This document shows, one piece after another, positions 23,443 to 24,000 of a stretch of 24,000 nt of DNA. The notes under the pieces are model-generated. The model was not told the origin of the DNA, made no database searches, and saw nothing but the letters and a program-made list of their open reading frames with translations. Position 1 is the stretch's first letter; every line of letters starts with the position of its first letter. Source of the DNA: Candidatus Sulfotelmatobacter sp. (GTDB lineage: Bacteria; Pseudomonadota; Alphaproteobacteria; Elsterales; Elsteraceae); NCBI GenBank assembly GCA_035507915.1, contig DATJNS010000500.1, positions 657 through 24,656 on the forward strand, in the 5' to 3' direction. The position numbers and the translations under genes are program-made.

Positions 23443-24000
23443 TCAGAACTCGACCTCGAGCTCTTCGACGTCCTCGGGCTCGCCGCGCGCCGCGTCGACC
23501 CATTCGGCCATCGCGGGCCACGCCATGATGTGCCGGCAGTAGCCGGCGCACACCCCGTCGAGCTTGACGTCGTAGGTGAGGAAGCGGGTCACCACCGGGG
23601 CGTACATGGCGTCCGCCATGGTCGGCTTGCCGAACAGGAAGGGGCCTTTGTAGGCCGCCAGGCAGTCGCGCCAGATCGTGACGATGCGGTCGATGTCGGC
23701 CTGCGCGCCGGCCCACACCTTGAAGCCGGGATGGTGCGCCTTGAGGTTCATCGGCAGCGCCGAGCGCATGCTGGCGAAGCCCGAGTGCATCTCGCCCGAC
23801 ACCGAGCGGCAGCGCGCCCGGGCGGTGCGGTCGGCGGGCAAGAGGCCGGCCTGCGGCCGGATCTCGTGCAGGTACTCTCCGATCGCCAGCGTGTCCCAGA
23901 TCTGGACGCCCTCGTGGGTCAGGCAGGGCACCAGGAAGGACGGCGAGAGCAGCAGCAACTCGGCCCGGGTCGACGGGTCGTCGACCGGCAGCAGGATCTC
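23443..24000 (-). CDS. glutathione S-transferase family protein, 3' portion (N-terminus beyond the window end)
   Basis: The frame stays open to base 24000. ...SPSFLVPCLTHEGVQIWDTLAIGEYLHE... (thioredoxin-like domain with the VP.L and E/S-x-I motifs) is followed by a helical C-terminal domain (…FLFGKPTMADAMYAPVVTRF…), as in YfcF-like GSTs. Confidence 0.8.
   Translation of the reverse strand, partial: EILLPVDDPSTRAELLLLSPSFLVPCLTHEGVQIWDTLAIGEYLHEIRPQAGLLPADRTARARCRSVSGEMHSGFASMRSALPMNLKAHHPGFKVWAGAQADIDRIVTIWRDCLAAYKGPFLFGKPTMADAMYAPVVTRFLTYDVKLDGVCAGYCRHIMAWPAMAEWVDAARGEPEDVEELEVEF

Overview
High-GC chromosomal segment. A typical core-gene 60-nt line (8701-8760) counts 75% G+C. Protein similarities suggest a proteobacterium, possibly an alphaproteobacterium, but this cannot be proven from the window. 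I can support 24 protein-coding genes. I saw no rRNA or tRNA genes, no CRISPR array, and no transposase or integrase. Left to right: 3' part of glnS; a convergent NUDIX hydrolase; a complete five-gene Liv/HAAT-type ABC importer (SBP, two permeases, two ATPases); a vapBC (AbrB-type antitoxin + PIN toxin) module with a three-half-site operator; two tandem Frc-like family III CoA-transferase paralogs; a small DUF559/Vsr-like endonuclease gene bracketed by ~40-bp G/C-rich inverted repeats; an LLM-class flavin oxidoreductase; a small secreted Arg/Glu/Gln-rich protein; a VOC/glyoxalase-fold protein; a NanT-like MFS transporter; an orphan single-domain response regulator divergent from a large MscS-family channel; a three-gene operon (HD-domain protein + ModA-like periplasmic binding protein + amidohydrolase); cysE; ppc; and the 3' part of a GST. 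Most of this is ordinary housekeeping or transport content. The items I rank highest for a second look are (1) the DUF559 endonuclease cassette flanked by hairpin-containing inverted repeats, with atypically low G+C. It is organised like a RAYT/REP unit but around a different enzyme. (2) The HD/SBP/amidohydrolase operon, whose HD protein shows a His/Asp pattern like that of the diiron HD oxygenases. (3) The tandem CoA-transferase pair, which shares a conserved 20-bp upstream box. I found no compelling multi-gene system of clearly novel type. All functional calls are by-eye motif and family recognition, not database searches.
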